Of a DNA stretch of 64,000 nt, positions 28,401-40,934 are shown piece after piece. This DNA is from Raillietiella orientalis (lineage: Eukaryota). The notes under the pieces are model-generated. The model saw only the letters and a list, made by a program, of their open reading frames with translations, was not told where the DNA came from and made no database searches. The position numbers and the translations under genes are program-made. The stretch lies in the NCBI GenBank assembly GCA_036172245.1, contig JAYWIR010000010.1, positions 3,038,001-3,102,000 on the forward strand. Reading direction: 5' to 3'. How positions within the stretch are numbered: position 1 is the first letter of the stretch; each line of letters starts with the position of its first letter.

Positions 28401-29112
28401 CATCCTTCTGTGTTTTCTCCGGTGTTTCCTTTTTTTTTTTTGTTGTTTTTCAGTAGGCTCTACTTGGAACGACTTCGCACGTTTCTTTACCTATCGTAGA
28501 AGAAGGCTGAGGAATTCCATTCGATAACGAACTACTAGATCGAAAAGCCCACTTGGGACATCATTATTTGCAAAAGATCCTTTTGTGGGGAAAGAAGTGC
28601 CTTTCCAAGGTAACAAGTAGACGTCAACCAAAGCTGAATTGTGAACCAGAGCGATGCCCGCCGCCTCGGCAACATCGGCGGGTCTGCCGCATGATGGAAA
28701 AAAAAAATATGCTCTGTTTGAAGGAAATAAATTGCATGATGACTCCAGTATCATTAGCAAGAGCGAAAAATGGTGAAAAGGGGAGTATCCGCCCTAAGTG
28801 ACTGCAGCGAGACGCCATTCGTTATCGGGATGTTAAAGGGCAAGGTATGAGATGGCTGCAACCAAGAAGCTCACCTAATGGACTCTCCTGATGCCGAAAA
28901 TTCACCCCTGAGTCACGGGGTTTGTATTTTGTGATTTGAAAATCATAGTTTGAGGAAGAAGTTTGCTTTCGAATGCTGGGAAAGAGACTGTGGATTCAGA
29001 TCCTTCGATCTTTGAGTAAACTTCGTCTCAGAAAAGAAGCAGTGGACCGAGAGGTGGTCCAATCTACCTGTCGAACTAGCCTTGAGCACCCACCCATTGA
29101 ACTCCACAGAAT

Positions 29113-29886
29113 GACTCCCGCGTTTGGCGGCCGTGTGGCTGCGGTCTCCGTGTGTTACATCGAGCGTTGCGGATTCGAATTCCCACGTGGAGGATCGAAA
29201 CCCCGAGAAATAGGTGCGTCATGGGTTTCGAGTCCCCCTCGCAGGATGAGGCCGGTTGGCCGATATTCGGGTACGGCGCTGGTCGGAGCCGGAAACCGGG
29301 TAACTCCATTGAGTGACCGAGATTTGGAAGGTGACCCTCCGGGTTCCTTCCAGGAATCGAGGAACCGTTCTCCTCCTGTTGTGAAACTGCAGCCGTCCTC
29401 CATCGCGTACCGTGGAATCGGTTGATGACCCTCCTCCTGGGGAGGTCGCCTCTCCAGAGTGTCAGAAGCGCTCTGCTCCCTTCGGGGAGCGCCCTTCAGC
29501 GAAATTGGGAAGCGTTCCTTCAGGGTTCTCTTCGGAAGAGGAAACAAGGGAAGGATTTTTCCCGGGAGCGTCCCTCCGGAGAAGAAATTCAGGAGAGTTT
29601 TCTTTCTGGGTTTTCCCTGGAGAAAATAAAAAAGTCCTTCAGGGCTCCCTTCGGAGACAACCAGGGTGGACGGTTCCTTCAGGGGTTCCGCTACATAGAG
29701 TAAGAGGAAACGGACTCCTCACTCCGGAGCCTTCCTGGATTCATAGGGTGGTCCCCTTTCGGGGTATTCCCCAACTGGAAGAGTTGATATGCATGCACCC
29801 TTGGGTGTGGTGGAGCAGTGTGGAAGAGCTCGGTGAGCCGCCAGGCGGAAAAAAAGTCCTTTAGTACTTAGTGAACGATAAAAAAT
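29113..29886 (+). mobile_element. SINE-like element, copy B (full length)
   Basis: Degenerate A/B-box head (TGGCGGCCGTGTGG ... GGATTCGAATTCC), body matching copy A, tail matching copies D and E, A-rich end. Confidence 0.8.
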
Positions 29887-29959
29887 GACTCCCAGAATGA
29901 AGAATGAATTCCCTAAGAGTTCCAGGATGGCGAGGTGAATGTGGTTTCATTATCAGAGG

Positions 29960-30480
29960 CTCCTAATAAATTATGATTCTCTTGTAATTCTGAATGGGCT
30001 GTAGGAGAGGTTGATGAATTGATTTTTCAATCTTGTAGGTTGAGTGGATGTGGTAAACTGCATCTCGACACTGCTGTAACGTAAACCGTGTCTCTGGTTG
30101 AGATGCTTTGTAAAGTAGGATGCTTGATGGATTCCGAGTGCACTCATCAGTCGGGATTCGTTCCAGCGAGTGACGGAAAGTCATTTCTCTAATTTACTGG
30201 TGCAAGAGGAGAAGGTTCAACGCATTAAGATTGGAAAGTTTTGTCGGAGCGAACTCCAAAAAGAGTTCCATAAGATAAAAGCAGTCGGGAGACATATGTT
30301 AAGAGCATTATTCATCTTCATCATGAATCTGAGAAGTTTCTTTACCTAGGAGTAATTTGTTTTCTATCCTAATCATCTGCCAATACGAATTTGTAAATCG
30401 AAGCAACTGACATCAATAAAGGTCGATGAATGACGCCTCAAGGAAACCGATTTTCCACATCTTAGATGCTTTCTTGTCTG
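29960..30480 (-). mobile_element. LINE reverse-transcriptase relic
   Basis: DKKAS..., NALNLLLLHQ*IREM and ILLYK...LQQCRDAV fall in RT motif order. Very degenerate. Confidence 0.3.
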
Positions 30481-33400
30481 AAAGCTCAGGCGTTCGTGCC
30501 AGTTAATTCAAACTCAGACAACTTGCAGGAGAAATGTCTCGGTTGGACTTAGAAGACTTTGGTAGATGCTCGATAGAATGTTTTTTCTTTTTTGTTCAGA
30601 CAGAACATCTTGAAAGACACTGTCTACGGTTTGTTGGGTATCCAGGCAGTGAAAGCCTAATGGATGTATCCAACATGAGTTACATTAGTTATGTTACACA
30701 GGTCGGTCCATCAGTGAGGAGAAAAATCGATGCCTGAGACGAATTATCAGTTCTTTTATGGATTACTGAGAACAAGTGATGTTACTTGCGATGCTTTCAT
30801 ACTGTGCATCTTCTTCGTGGAAGAGAAAGCAGAAAATCTTTCTTTTTGTCTCTCTTTCAGATCTGACTGTCACGTAAAAACATACTGGCGCAAGTGAAAA
30901 GGCAATCCGTGATATTCCCGTGATTGATGCACTCAGGCATCAAAGAGAGAATGCTTGATGAATCTCATGGAAGCTTCGATACAAAGGATCTCTTGGGTTG
31001 CTAAAAATTGTATTCGGTGATTGCTTTGCTCCTCGCAGCCTCTCAAGCCCGGCTACTTCTCACCGCTAGATGCATCTGTGGTTGCCAGATATATGATCCT
31101 AGAGCTGATCAGACAAGGGACTTCATTTGAAGGAAGGCAGGTTGGGGAACCGCTTCAAGGGTTCTTGTTTCGATCTCAGTTCACCTGGCATCGTGATTAG
31201 CACAACTTCCCCGTCTGAAGAAGAAATTGTTGCCGTGGAAATTGATTTATCCGTTCTCACGTGGAAGTGAAAATCCAGAAAAAACCGTTAGAATATCGAA
31301 TTTCCTCGAATAACATCTCTTTGCATCTGGTACTAAGACAGAGGCACATGACCCACAGTAAATTCATAGAAGACATGAAACTTGATTTCAGCATTCTTGT
31401 CAAACAAAATGCGCCTCTATAGTCTTCACGACAGCAGTTATCTCATAATGGAGGGCTTTCCCACCAAGAGTGGAATCAGAATTCCTTCCCTCTTGCGCTG
31501 ATCGCCATGTGCAAAATCCAGACCAGGAAATGGAAGCGCGATGCTGCCCACTGTCACCGTGGGTTTGGATCATCTCTCCTCTGCGTCTGCCTTCACTGGC
31601 CTCTCTTGAGTTTGCATGCGTGGCTTGGGAAAATGGGCAAAGATGCAAGCAAGGATGAAAGAGAACATGCTGTTTGGAAGATCACCAGACTCTAGTCTAG
31701 CTATGAACCTCTCGCAGTACTAGAAAAAGTGCTCGATCTCTGTGCTCTCACAAAAGGTGCAAACTCCAAACCAACTCAAATGAAAAAAATTGAAAAGGAA
31801 CCTTGAATCGCCATCACAGTAATGGCATCTGAAGATGGAAGGAGCAGGAAAATCCCGAAGTCAAGGTAATAAACTCCCTTGGGTCTCACTCAAACACAGT
31901 CTAAGAGCAGGATTTATCTGTAGCAGAGAAAACCCTAAAGGTTCGCGAAGACTCGAGACATTCAACGGCAACGGACCGCGTGAGCAGCATTCAGTGCTAC
32001 AAGGATTTGGAAGACTCCATTGGTTACGACTGGCAACCGTAGATGCAATGGATCTCGAAGCCGTTTCTGAGAGTCGCTCAAAGAGTGCCTGCGCGACTCA
32101 GAGAGAATCTGCGAGAATTTTGGCTTGGCGTTTGTCTCCAGGAGTTTCCGGTGAGTTTAAGAAGAAATTTAGCTTTCGTTGGAATACTCAGATTGCTCAA
32201 ACTGGACTTCATTAGCACGCTTCATTACCTCTCAATGACCCGTCGCACTCTTACGGATGGGAGAAATCCAGGTCACTGACCTCAGCCGCTTCACTTGCAT
32301 TTTAACCCCTATTGAAAAGATTCCAGGCTTGCAAGCAGCGAATAAGGACAGAAGATCGGCTCAAGAATATGATTGAAAGCGCGGTAGTTGCCGCTCTTCG
32401 ATCAACGCAAGAGTCGCCAGCGATGGCCAAAAAGTTTCACGGGGGAAGTCGCGTCGACACATCTTTCTTGAGTCCTTTTTCTATGAGTTCGTGTGTACCA
32501 AAGCTGGCCTCGGATAAACCAGTTGGACTTTGCGGTTCCTCGATTTCTTTCGGGTACTCTGCTCCGCTAATCTTCAACTTGTCGATCACAGTCACGAGTC
32601 ATGCTAATAAGTCACGGGTGATCCACAGCATTCTTATTATGGTTAAAGAGTGGATGCCCAAGGGTAATGGACCGAGGTGAACAATCCTACAGACTCTCCA
32701 TAAGTGTTCCATAAGTTCTCTTGACTCAGTAAATAAAAGCGTGGATGCACGGCACTCGAAACCTCCTTAAGAAAAGTACTGTCGGCAAATCAGTAATGCC
32801 AGCATGATGAAACACAATTGATTATGCATATACCATACAACCACCTATATATGTATTTCATCGCTCTCACTCTGCTGAACGAGGCATTTCTGTTCGCACA
32901 TTTTCGTGACTGCCCCTCCTGTTCAGGGAGGAGGAAACTACTGGGCAATTCGACCACGGCATGTGATCCTACAGGTTGGATAGGAAATCCACGGAAACTC
33001 TGAAACCCCCATGGAAGAGGTGATCTTGCAGTATCAGTTCCTCACGTCGTGCGCATCATGGTCTTTACTGGTCTTAGAGTTCGCTACCAGCGCCCATCAA
33101 GATGCTTCACACAGTGGCTGCTGGTTGCTTTCGATATCTGCTTCCTCACAGAGTATTTTCAGCATACTTCGACCCTTTATCCCATTTTTCTTTTTTTTCT
33201 ACCTCCCAGAATCCCTGGATTGCGTCTGAATTCTGGTAGAAGCGGCTCTTCATGATCCAAGACAAGAGCAAGATGCACACGGTGATTCCAAAGGGAGAAC
33301 CGATTTTGCGGGATGACGAGAGAGCGGATCCCGAGTTTTTGGCACCTCGCGGAGGCGAAATCGACCGGTCGGATTCCGTGCCGATGAGAATCAAGCGAGA

Positions 33401-33685
33401 GGATGCTGTACAGTTGCCAAGCGGCACGTCGAGGAAGAAGCTCCGGCCTAGGAGAGAGCGATTCGGGTTGGCATCATCGACCATGGTGGCATTGCGGAAA
33501 CGAAAAAGGGGATTTTTGTCTGCCGTGGCGGGACTCCGTAATTCTCTTCCCGGGAGAACACGGGCTCGCGTGCTCAGGTTTGCCGCGCTATGGCACGCTC
33601 CTAAGAGGAGTGGATGGAGGAATCGGCGAAATGCGATCGCTTGGCCCACGGAAACTCACCCACCGAGATGGATTGCCATACTCAC

Positions 33686-33861
33686 AAATGATGCGAAGCC
33701 TGACTCTTTTGTTGTGGGTCGGTTCCTCCGGGTAGTCGACGCGGCAGCGGTAGACTCCTTCGTCCGTTAGATCGACGCGGCGCACCGTGAGCTTTCTGGA
33801 CGAATCGATCTCGTGTTTGAGAGCAGCAGGTTCGTTATTGAAGAGACCGGATGGCATTCTC
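33686..33861 (-). CDS. Coding exon 3: C-half of Ig1, RMPSGLF...LTVRRVDLTDEGVYRCRVDYPEEPTHNKRVRLRII
   Basis: Acceptor tctccttcaacag|, donor TTT|gtgagt. 176 nt, phase 2 to 1. Contains the DxGxYxC motif. Confidence 0.95.
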
Positions 33862-36800
33862 CTGTTGAAGGAGACGAACAGGTGAGAACACTGCAGCTTT
33901 TTTCGTGTTTAGGGGCGCCGTTTGAGAACGGCTGTCATATTCTTTGGGAAGGCGACTTTGCCCTCCTCGCCTTCCCAATCGAACAAAGTTTCACTGGCGC
34001 AGCTCACCTGCCGTCAGGATGAGAACGAGAGACTGCACAGATTTGTGGTTTTAGAGTTGCCACAGAGGTGCATTTTTTGCATCCAGGCATCTCGTGCTGT
34101 GCATAGCGCTTACTTCACACACAAACTGATTGTACGCAATGAGCTGCGCCAGCAGCTAAGGGAAGCTACTCTCACGGCAATCCCATAACGAAGAGAGCAG
34201 CGAGATGGTCCATCTGGGAGAAGGAGAATGGAGGAGATCTTTTGCATCTTTTTCAGTGGTCATTGGGGTAGACTGTGCCTGACCAGCCGACGGCCCCTCG
34301 CTCCCGCGTATCTTTTCCCATTTCCCTTCTCCTCTCATCTTTCTGGCCTTGGTTCGTAGCCGACCAGCAAGATGACGGGCCCTTCCTCCCTGGACCTTTG
34401 GAGTGTAGGAGTTCGGTTCGCACTTATGTGTGTTTGTTTCGCATGATAGATGCTCTTGCGTGATCGGGTAAAAGTACATCTAGAAAAGACTGTAGAAAGA
34501 CTCCTACACGTGTACACTATGCACACACTACGCCGTGATTAATGTTCTGTCCGCATGTATGCACTGCATGCGCACACACAATACGTGTATGCGTGTCTTC
34601 ATTAAAAAGTGCCCATTGCAGGTGCTCTTAATGGAAATTAACTATATCGAAACAGAATGGAAGGCATCAAGCTCGCTTTCATGAATTCGGTACACTATCA
34701 AAATACGAATGAATAATCCATCCAATTCATATTTCACCCTTCCCCATCCAATTTTCTCTTTCTAAAAGAGACGTCTGGAACGAATGGCAAACACATGACA
34801 AGTTCTTTCCTCGTGTCGCTCTGTCACTCAGACTGCAAGGGTCCTGTAACTTGCAGGAGTTTGCAGAAAGATAAATGCGAGCTTTTAAAGAGGTTACCAA
34901 TCCTCAGGAAAGTTTGATCTTCAGAGGTGGCAGCGACATCGGTGAAAGCGCGAAAAGTTTTCCGGAATATCCTTGAGGGCTGCTCCTTGTCCTTGTCTCG
35001 GTATGCCTATTCAAACCCCCCAAGGACATACGGAAACATTTTGCAAGTTTGCTCAAACGGAGAGAGCGTCTGCTGAACTTTCGGCAGCGGACTTGGGAAG
35101 AGAATTAAATCGATTTTCAACAAAATTTCAGGCCGAACTGGAATTTCGGTCCGGTTCTTCGCATCCATGCGATGGGTTCAAAGTTGAAATCTCCGCGTTT
35201 CGAACCCAGTGATCATCTGAAAGCCGCGATCAATTCTGCAGCGAACTCTGTGGGAGAGATTTCATTCGAAGAACTTGATTTCTTTCTTCATTTACCGTGG
35301 CATCATTTGGATGACGGATGCTTGGAAGGAAGCTGCACAACCGCACAAACGAAAGCACAAAAGCAAAGTGATCCAAATGTATTTAAAAAGTTGATTCCAT
35401 TCTTTGAATTTTGGAATAAAAGTTGAGCACAGAGAAACCAGTGACCACCTATTTGCCCGCTCTGAGATTCATTACTGTGGACTCTGGAAATGACGGTGGA
35501 AGAGTTTCGCCCGTGTTAACTTCCAAGGATTTTGTTTCCCTGGCTACGGTCCTGAGTCCTTGAGTAAAGTTCAAGAGAGTCAAAATTTCGAAAAGCAGGC
35601 CGGGCAGGAACACACGGGATGTATTCAATGTGCGGTGCTTCGCAACAAATCACGTACCGTGGAAGGAATTGAAAGACTGGAAATTCATCTTGCACCGCAA
35701 CACTAAATCTTTGCTCTCTAGACAGTAATGAGCATTGTGGGATTATTAAGTAATAAAGGTGCATTTGCTAGTTTCGTTACTATTGCTTGCATTGCGTGTT
35801 TTGCATCTTCTAAACCTACCTACAATGGCTGAGCTTTATTTCTTTCAGATTGTACATTGCTAAACATACGAATGAGAAACACGTAAAGCATTAACTTAAT
35901 AAAGGTACTGTCAAAATCATTGTGATGATCCGCCTCCATCATCCTCGAAGGTTTGCTGGCGCCCTCATTCTCACTGCGCAGTTGCAGATTAATGATGGCT
36001 ATCAAATGCCTGCTCGATTCAACACTCAATTGATTATTGTGGACCTACGCGGCTCTTGGCGCAATGGTCTTTCCATTATGTTTTCACTACAGAGACCAGT
36101 CCAAATGTTGATGAAAGGATGGAAATCATTCTCCTAGGACTAACTTCAAACAAAGCTTCTTTGCTCGAGAATCTACTGGTCACTTATTCATTAGTTTACA
36201 CTGCTGCCAACTGGAATTTCTGCTGCCCTTTAAATAGAAACTATCTTTCTCTCACGGCTGTGTTTATTCTTGTACTCTTCGAACATGGATTGTTCGGGAT
36301 GAAACAAACATATGGAACCCTCGTACAGTTTGCCGCTGCACACTTACTTCCGACGTCTCCGCAGACCGATTTGTGGGTATTTCAAACGGCCACATCTACA
36401 CCACCCTTTTTGCGGAAGTAGCTCAAACGAAAGAGAGTGTTTGCCTTTCGAGAACTTCAATGGTCGCCGTTATTCCCAATGCCCGACTTTCTCAACAACC
36501 GGTCTGGTGAGTTGCGTTTCCTTGCTGTTCGATATTTTTCATGCACCTAAACAGACGAGACCCCGGAGAAGAGGTGAGTCAGCTGAATGTCCTTGCTGTT
36601 ACAGATCCGGGAACCCAAAGCAGCTCGATCCTCGAATGTGGATGCTAGTTCTAGCTGTACCAGTGAATGTGAGAAGGGACACAGTGCAGAACACAAGTGG
36701 TTAATGGGACTGCTATAGCGGAGGCTGATGAACTTTTGCTTTTGATGTCAGCAAGTAAGCTGGTGTCTGCCATCTCATTTGTAAGCATCGTGTCGAAGGT

Positions 36801-39414
36801 ATGAAATCAGAAACCAAACACGATGCCATTGCATAACATGAAGCGTAAATGGGATGCCAAAACTTCCAGAACGGTACCATTTAGTTATCAAAATCCTGTC
36901 GTTGTTTTACAGGAGATTGGAAAAGGCTCTTCGGGATTTTTTGTAATAAGAAAGAGATAGGCCAGAAGTTTTGCTCGTTAGGAAGCAAAAGCTACACGAA
37001 ATGGGACCCACAGAAACAAGGGAAAATGGATTTCAACGCATTTCTAACTGAATGGGCTTCGAACATTTGTATTGCGTTATTCAGGTAGGTTTTTTGGAAA
37101 GACGTACGGAATCATTTGGTAGCCGACGCTTCGTGGAAGATAACTTGCTTGTACCACCTATCGCGAATTTTCTGTCTTAATGCTCCATGAAACGGCTTGT
37201 AAGTGGTTTGTGGATACTCTGAGTCCCAACGAGAATAGGAAAAATGCTGTAGACAAGAGTGACTGAGTTCACCAGCATTTACCATACATAAGTTTCTTTC
37301 CAAACTTTTGATACTTTAGACACTAAGATCTGCGTCAACGTGTTCAGAAACGCGGCAGTTCGTGATGGTTTAAAGCCCAAACGGTAGATGGTGCTTGTTC
37401 ATCTAATCTCAAACGTTACTTTGTAGGTAATCCGCACTGATGCGTTGCTTTGATCCTGGAGCACGAAACATGAGATCATAAGTGAGAATTCCGAAAGATA
37501 ATTGGAAAACCAGTAGCTCGATTAAAGAGAACAAAAAAGATCAGCTAAACGATCTAAAAACGCCATCACCTGCGTGTTCCACCATTCCAAAGGTCTGCGA
37601 TAACTGAGAACAAGATAGGCTAATAGAGGCGAAGGAGGGATTACATTTCAGATTCATCGACTAGGTTTCCTGTAAGGCAATTTGCTTGCAAGATCCAGAT
37701 CTCCAAAGTCAGCGAATAAAGTTCTTCATGTTCTCAAGCGTAAAGCACATGCACCCAGACTGATGCATGGCCCCCAGGAGAGTGTCACTTTCCCTTACTG
37801 TGTTCACAATCACTTTGAGCTTCATATCCATCAAGTCTTTGGCAAGTTTTCCTCTCGGCTAATTAGGAAGGAGATTAAACATCATCAGAACGCTGTGAAG
37901 GAGCAACAGAACAGAAAATTTATCCTCTTGGCTCGTGGACGAGGCAAGCATTCCCATCTCCCAACAAGAATTGGGTTTTAAATCGTTGCCACAAGTTGCA
38001 CAAAGAATTCTGAAATGCCCTCGACTTCCACATATTCCAATTTTGCTATTCTTCCTCCCAACTAGTGGAAAAATTCCTCAAAGAGCTTCTCGACCAATCC
38101 TGCTGCAGAAGCGGCATTTCTTCCATATCGACTCCACCGTCTGTCCGCCCGCATTACGAGATCACTTTCTCTCTAGAAGACCACGTCTCGAAGTTTCCGT
38201 AGGATTGCTCCATTTGCCCCACTTCACCCCCCTCCCAAATTCCTCAAGGCCTGTAAGAAACGCACTCTACCATTCCTCGAGGAGTTATAGGGATACCGGC
38301 GACCGGAGATCATGACAACCAGAACAAATATCCAGAAGAGGGAAATTCAGTTTGGTCATCTAAATCTAATTGACTCTTATCGCAAAATGACTCCTCATCA
38401 TGAGTTCTATTCTCGATCCTTTTGACTTGCATTTTTCCCTGCTCTTCTGCCATTGGTATCCCTTCATACACTGGACTGGGAGGACCAAGGTCAAAGGGAC
38501 ATTTCAGGAATCCCTTTTCCGTTTCCACTTCTAGACCCTAAAGCTCTGTCCAAGGAAAAGCTCCATCTAGCTTCTCGAGGGGGACGAGAATGATGCCACA
38601 CTGAGAGCGCCAATCCTTAATCTCGCCACATTGGTCTTCGTTCACCATCGGCCTCGTCCTGGCAACTGCGTTCAGGTCAAGAGTGCGGTTCTGTTCCTGC
38701 AGCGTGCAAGAGGAGGAAAGAGACCGAAAGATCAGCTTCCGAGAAGTGGAACCGAATCCGGTGCTACCAGGCACGCAGTTTTCCGCACTCGACGGGATGG
38801 TTTGGAGAAACCCTCCAGAGGTCAGCCTCTAGCTTTCAGCTTCTTCTTCTAGGTACCACCTTCTCACTCGCGTATTCAGACGTCTGGGAAAAGGAAGGCT
38901 CACATTGGACTTGGAGGGATACCCTCCCGGCTCCGATCCCATCCCGGCTCGGAGAGGAAGCTGGAGGGAGCCCTAACCATTCTCCTCCTGGACATCGGAC
39001 TTCTCCTTTCAGGATAACCCGGAAGCCGTCGAAGTGATCGGTGGGTGGAGTGGGAGGTCTTTCGGGTCGGACCTTTCTTTGCTGCTCCCACCGTTTTTTC
39101 CCGCGCGACGTCTGCTCCCCGCGGAGTCCCGGTGGACGCTTCGGCTCGGCGAGGTGGTCGCGCGGGTTGAATTCTCCCCTCTCTGGAGTTGACCGGCTAG
39201 CAGCTATCGTCCCCAGGCCCAGGATCCCGAGAGCGCAGGCGATGACACGGAGTCGTCTCGGATGATGCAGCATCTACAGCTGCTGCTTCCCATGCTGCGG
39301 ACGGGAAGCTCTGCAACTGGCGGAAGGCGGCAAGAAGCATTTATTCAGACGCACCTGCGCCTCTCCCAAGGCCGGATGCAGATGCTCCTCTCCGGACGGA
39401 ACTAACTGATCCCA

Positions 39415-39985
39415 CGACCCTGCCAATATGGGATTTCCTCTCCTGCCTCGCGACTGAGGATAAGATCCCTCGAGCAGGAATTCGACACTACTACCCCTGT
39501 GGTTTCCCTGGAGAGGACGCTCCAGGCTTCATCAGTTGAGGTCGCTTCCTGACCACTTTCCTCCCATTGACCCAGAGACCCACGGAACGGAATCAGCAGG
39601 AGGAGCCCATGATGAGAGAGGATCGCCAGGCGCTCCCGGAAATCCAGGAGGATTCGGTGCCCGTGGAGAAGCGGAAACCCTTTCCATCTCGGGAGAGCGC
39701 GCGTGCGCCCCAAGCTCCAGGGTCGAGGAGCTTTGGTCAAGTTCCTGGCTACAGCCGCTGTTCCAGGGTTTCGGCGGAGCGTCCCGAAAATCAAGACTCG
39801 GGTTTCCGGGATTTCTGGGAGCGCTGGATTCCCCTGCTCTTCCAAGCTGCCGGGGACTCCTCCCAGTCCGGTCCGGAAAGAAGGCCAAAGTTCCGCCGCG
39901 CGCTCAAGGAGCTTGGTGTCTTCCACTCTAGGAATTCTGCTGAGGCTGCGTGACTCGGGGAGGACGGCTGGCGATTCCAGGGTCG
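39415..39985. repeat. Nested imperfect inverted repeat (foldback) centred near 39722
   Basis: Concentric complementary blocks: 39712-18/39727-33, 39671-81/39765-75, 39626-50/39804-27, 39599-608/39853-63, 39468-83/39932-45 and 39415-22/39978-85. Confidence 0.6.
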
Positions 39986-40271
39986 AGCGCCTTTCTCATG
40001 TAGGAGGATAAGAGGAAAAGGAGATGGGAAAAAGCAAGGATAGGAACGTCCGCCTGCGAAGCGATGGTCACCCCCTGACCCCTACAGGATGAGCACGGAG
40101 ATATGCACCCAGTGTCCATAGAAAGAGCGAGAGATCATAAAAAATACACGCATATATTATCAGTATATGTACAGATAATATAAATATTTAAATATATCAG
40201 CAATACAATCAACAACTTATCAATTTTATTAACAAAATATATGTCACTGAATCTTTGTAATAATCCATACA

Positions 40272-40435
40272 CAGTGACACCTCGGTACTCGTCGGTAATT
40301 CGTTCCGGAACTCGTGACGAGTGCCGAAACAGACGAGCACCCAACGAGTTTCTTTCTAGGCTTTGTTTTTAACCATTTTTTAACCATTTTAGGACCCAAG
40401 ATTAACGCTTCAAATGTACAGAAAGCACAAAAAAG
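40272..40435 (+). mobile_element. Tigger/pogo-like DNA transposon end fragment
   Basis: cagtgacacctcggtactcgtcggtaattcgttccggaactcgtgacgagtgccgaa resembles Tigger-type termini. No partner TIR was found. A weaker similar stretch lies at about 20307-20400. Confidence 0.45.
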
Positions 40436-40810
40436 GCGCGCCGCGTGTGAAAGAATTCCCTCATCTTGACTGAGGAACAAGACCCTGGACTCAGAAAGAA
40501 GTTGCGCGTTCCTGGAACCACAGGCGGGAAGTCCATAGCCGGCGGCGTACCCGGAACGAGCTCCCCGGTTCAAAGTCCTACCGCGAGGGGGAGCTGCATT
40601 CCTCGAACAAGGGGCATTTCCTAGAATACTGCGAGGGAGGAGAGGGTACCGCTACCCTGCAGAAAAGTCGCGACGCAGCACCCGCCCAAGACGTTGGTCA
40701 GGTGAAGCCTCGAGGAGTCAGCGCTGTTCCCCAGAGAGGAGAGACCCCGGCACCCACTGGGTAATCTCCGATGATCTCTCAGGAATAGAGGATTGAGGAG
40801 CGCGCCTTAC

Positions 40811-40934
40811 CGGACTATGGGAATCTCTTCCGGTTCCTTGTACCACAAGATGAGTGACGGGTCGTGGTCGGAAGGGGTGGGGCAATGCAGGATAGCGTCG
40901 CGCCCGAGCACCACAGCTACCACATCCACGCTCT
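40811..40934 (-). CDS. Coding exon 2: N-half of Ig1, (E)SVDVVAVVLGRDAILHCPTPSDHDPSLILWYKEPEEIPIV(R)
   Basis: Acceptor ttttcccttgcag|, donor CCG|gtaagg. 124 nt, phase 1 to 2. Contains the B-strand Cys and C-strand Trp. Not in the ORF track. Confidence 0.92.

Noticed and set aside
28535..28683. Possible alternative terminal exon after exon 3 (YPPMLPRRRASLW...*), which would give a single-Ig isoform
   Set aside because: Only the YPP start and a T-rich acceptor support it. The remainder has no protein-like features.
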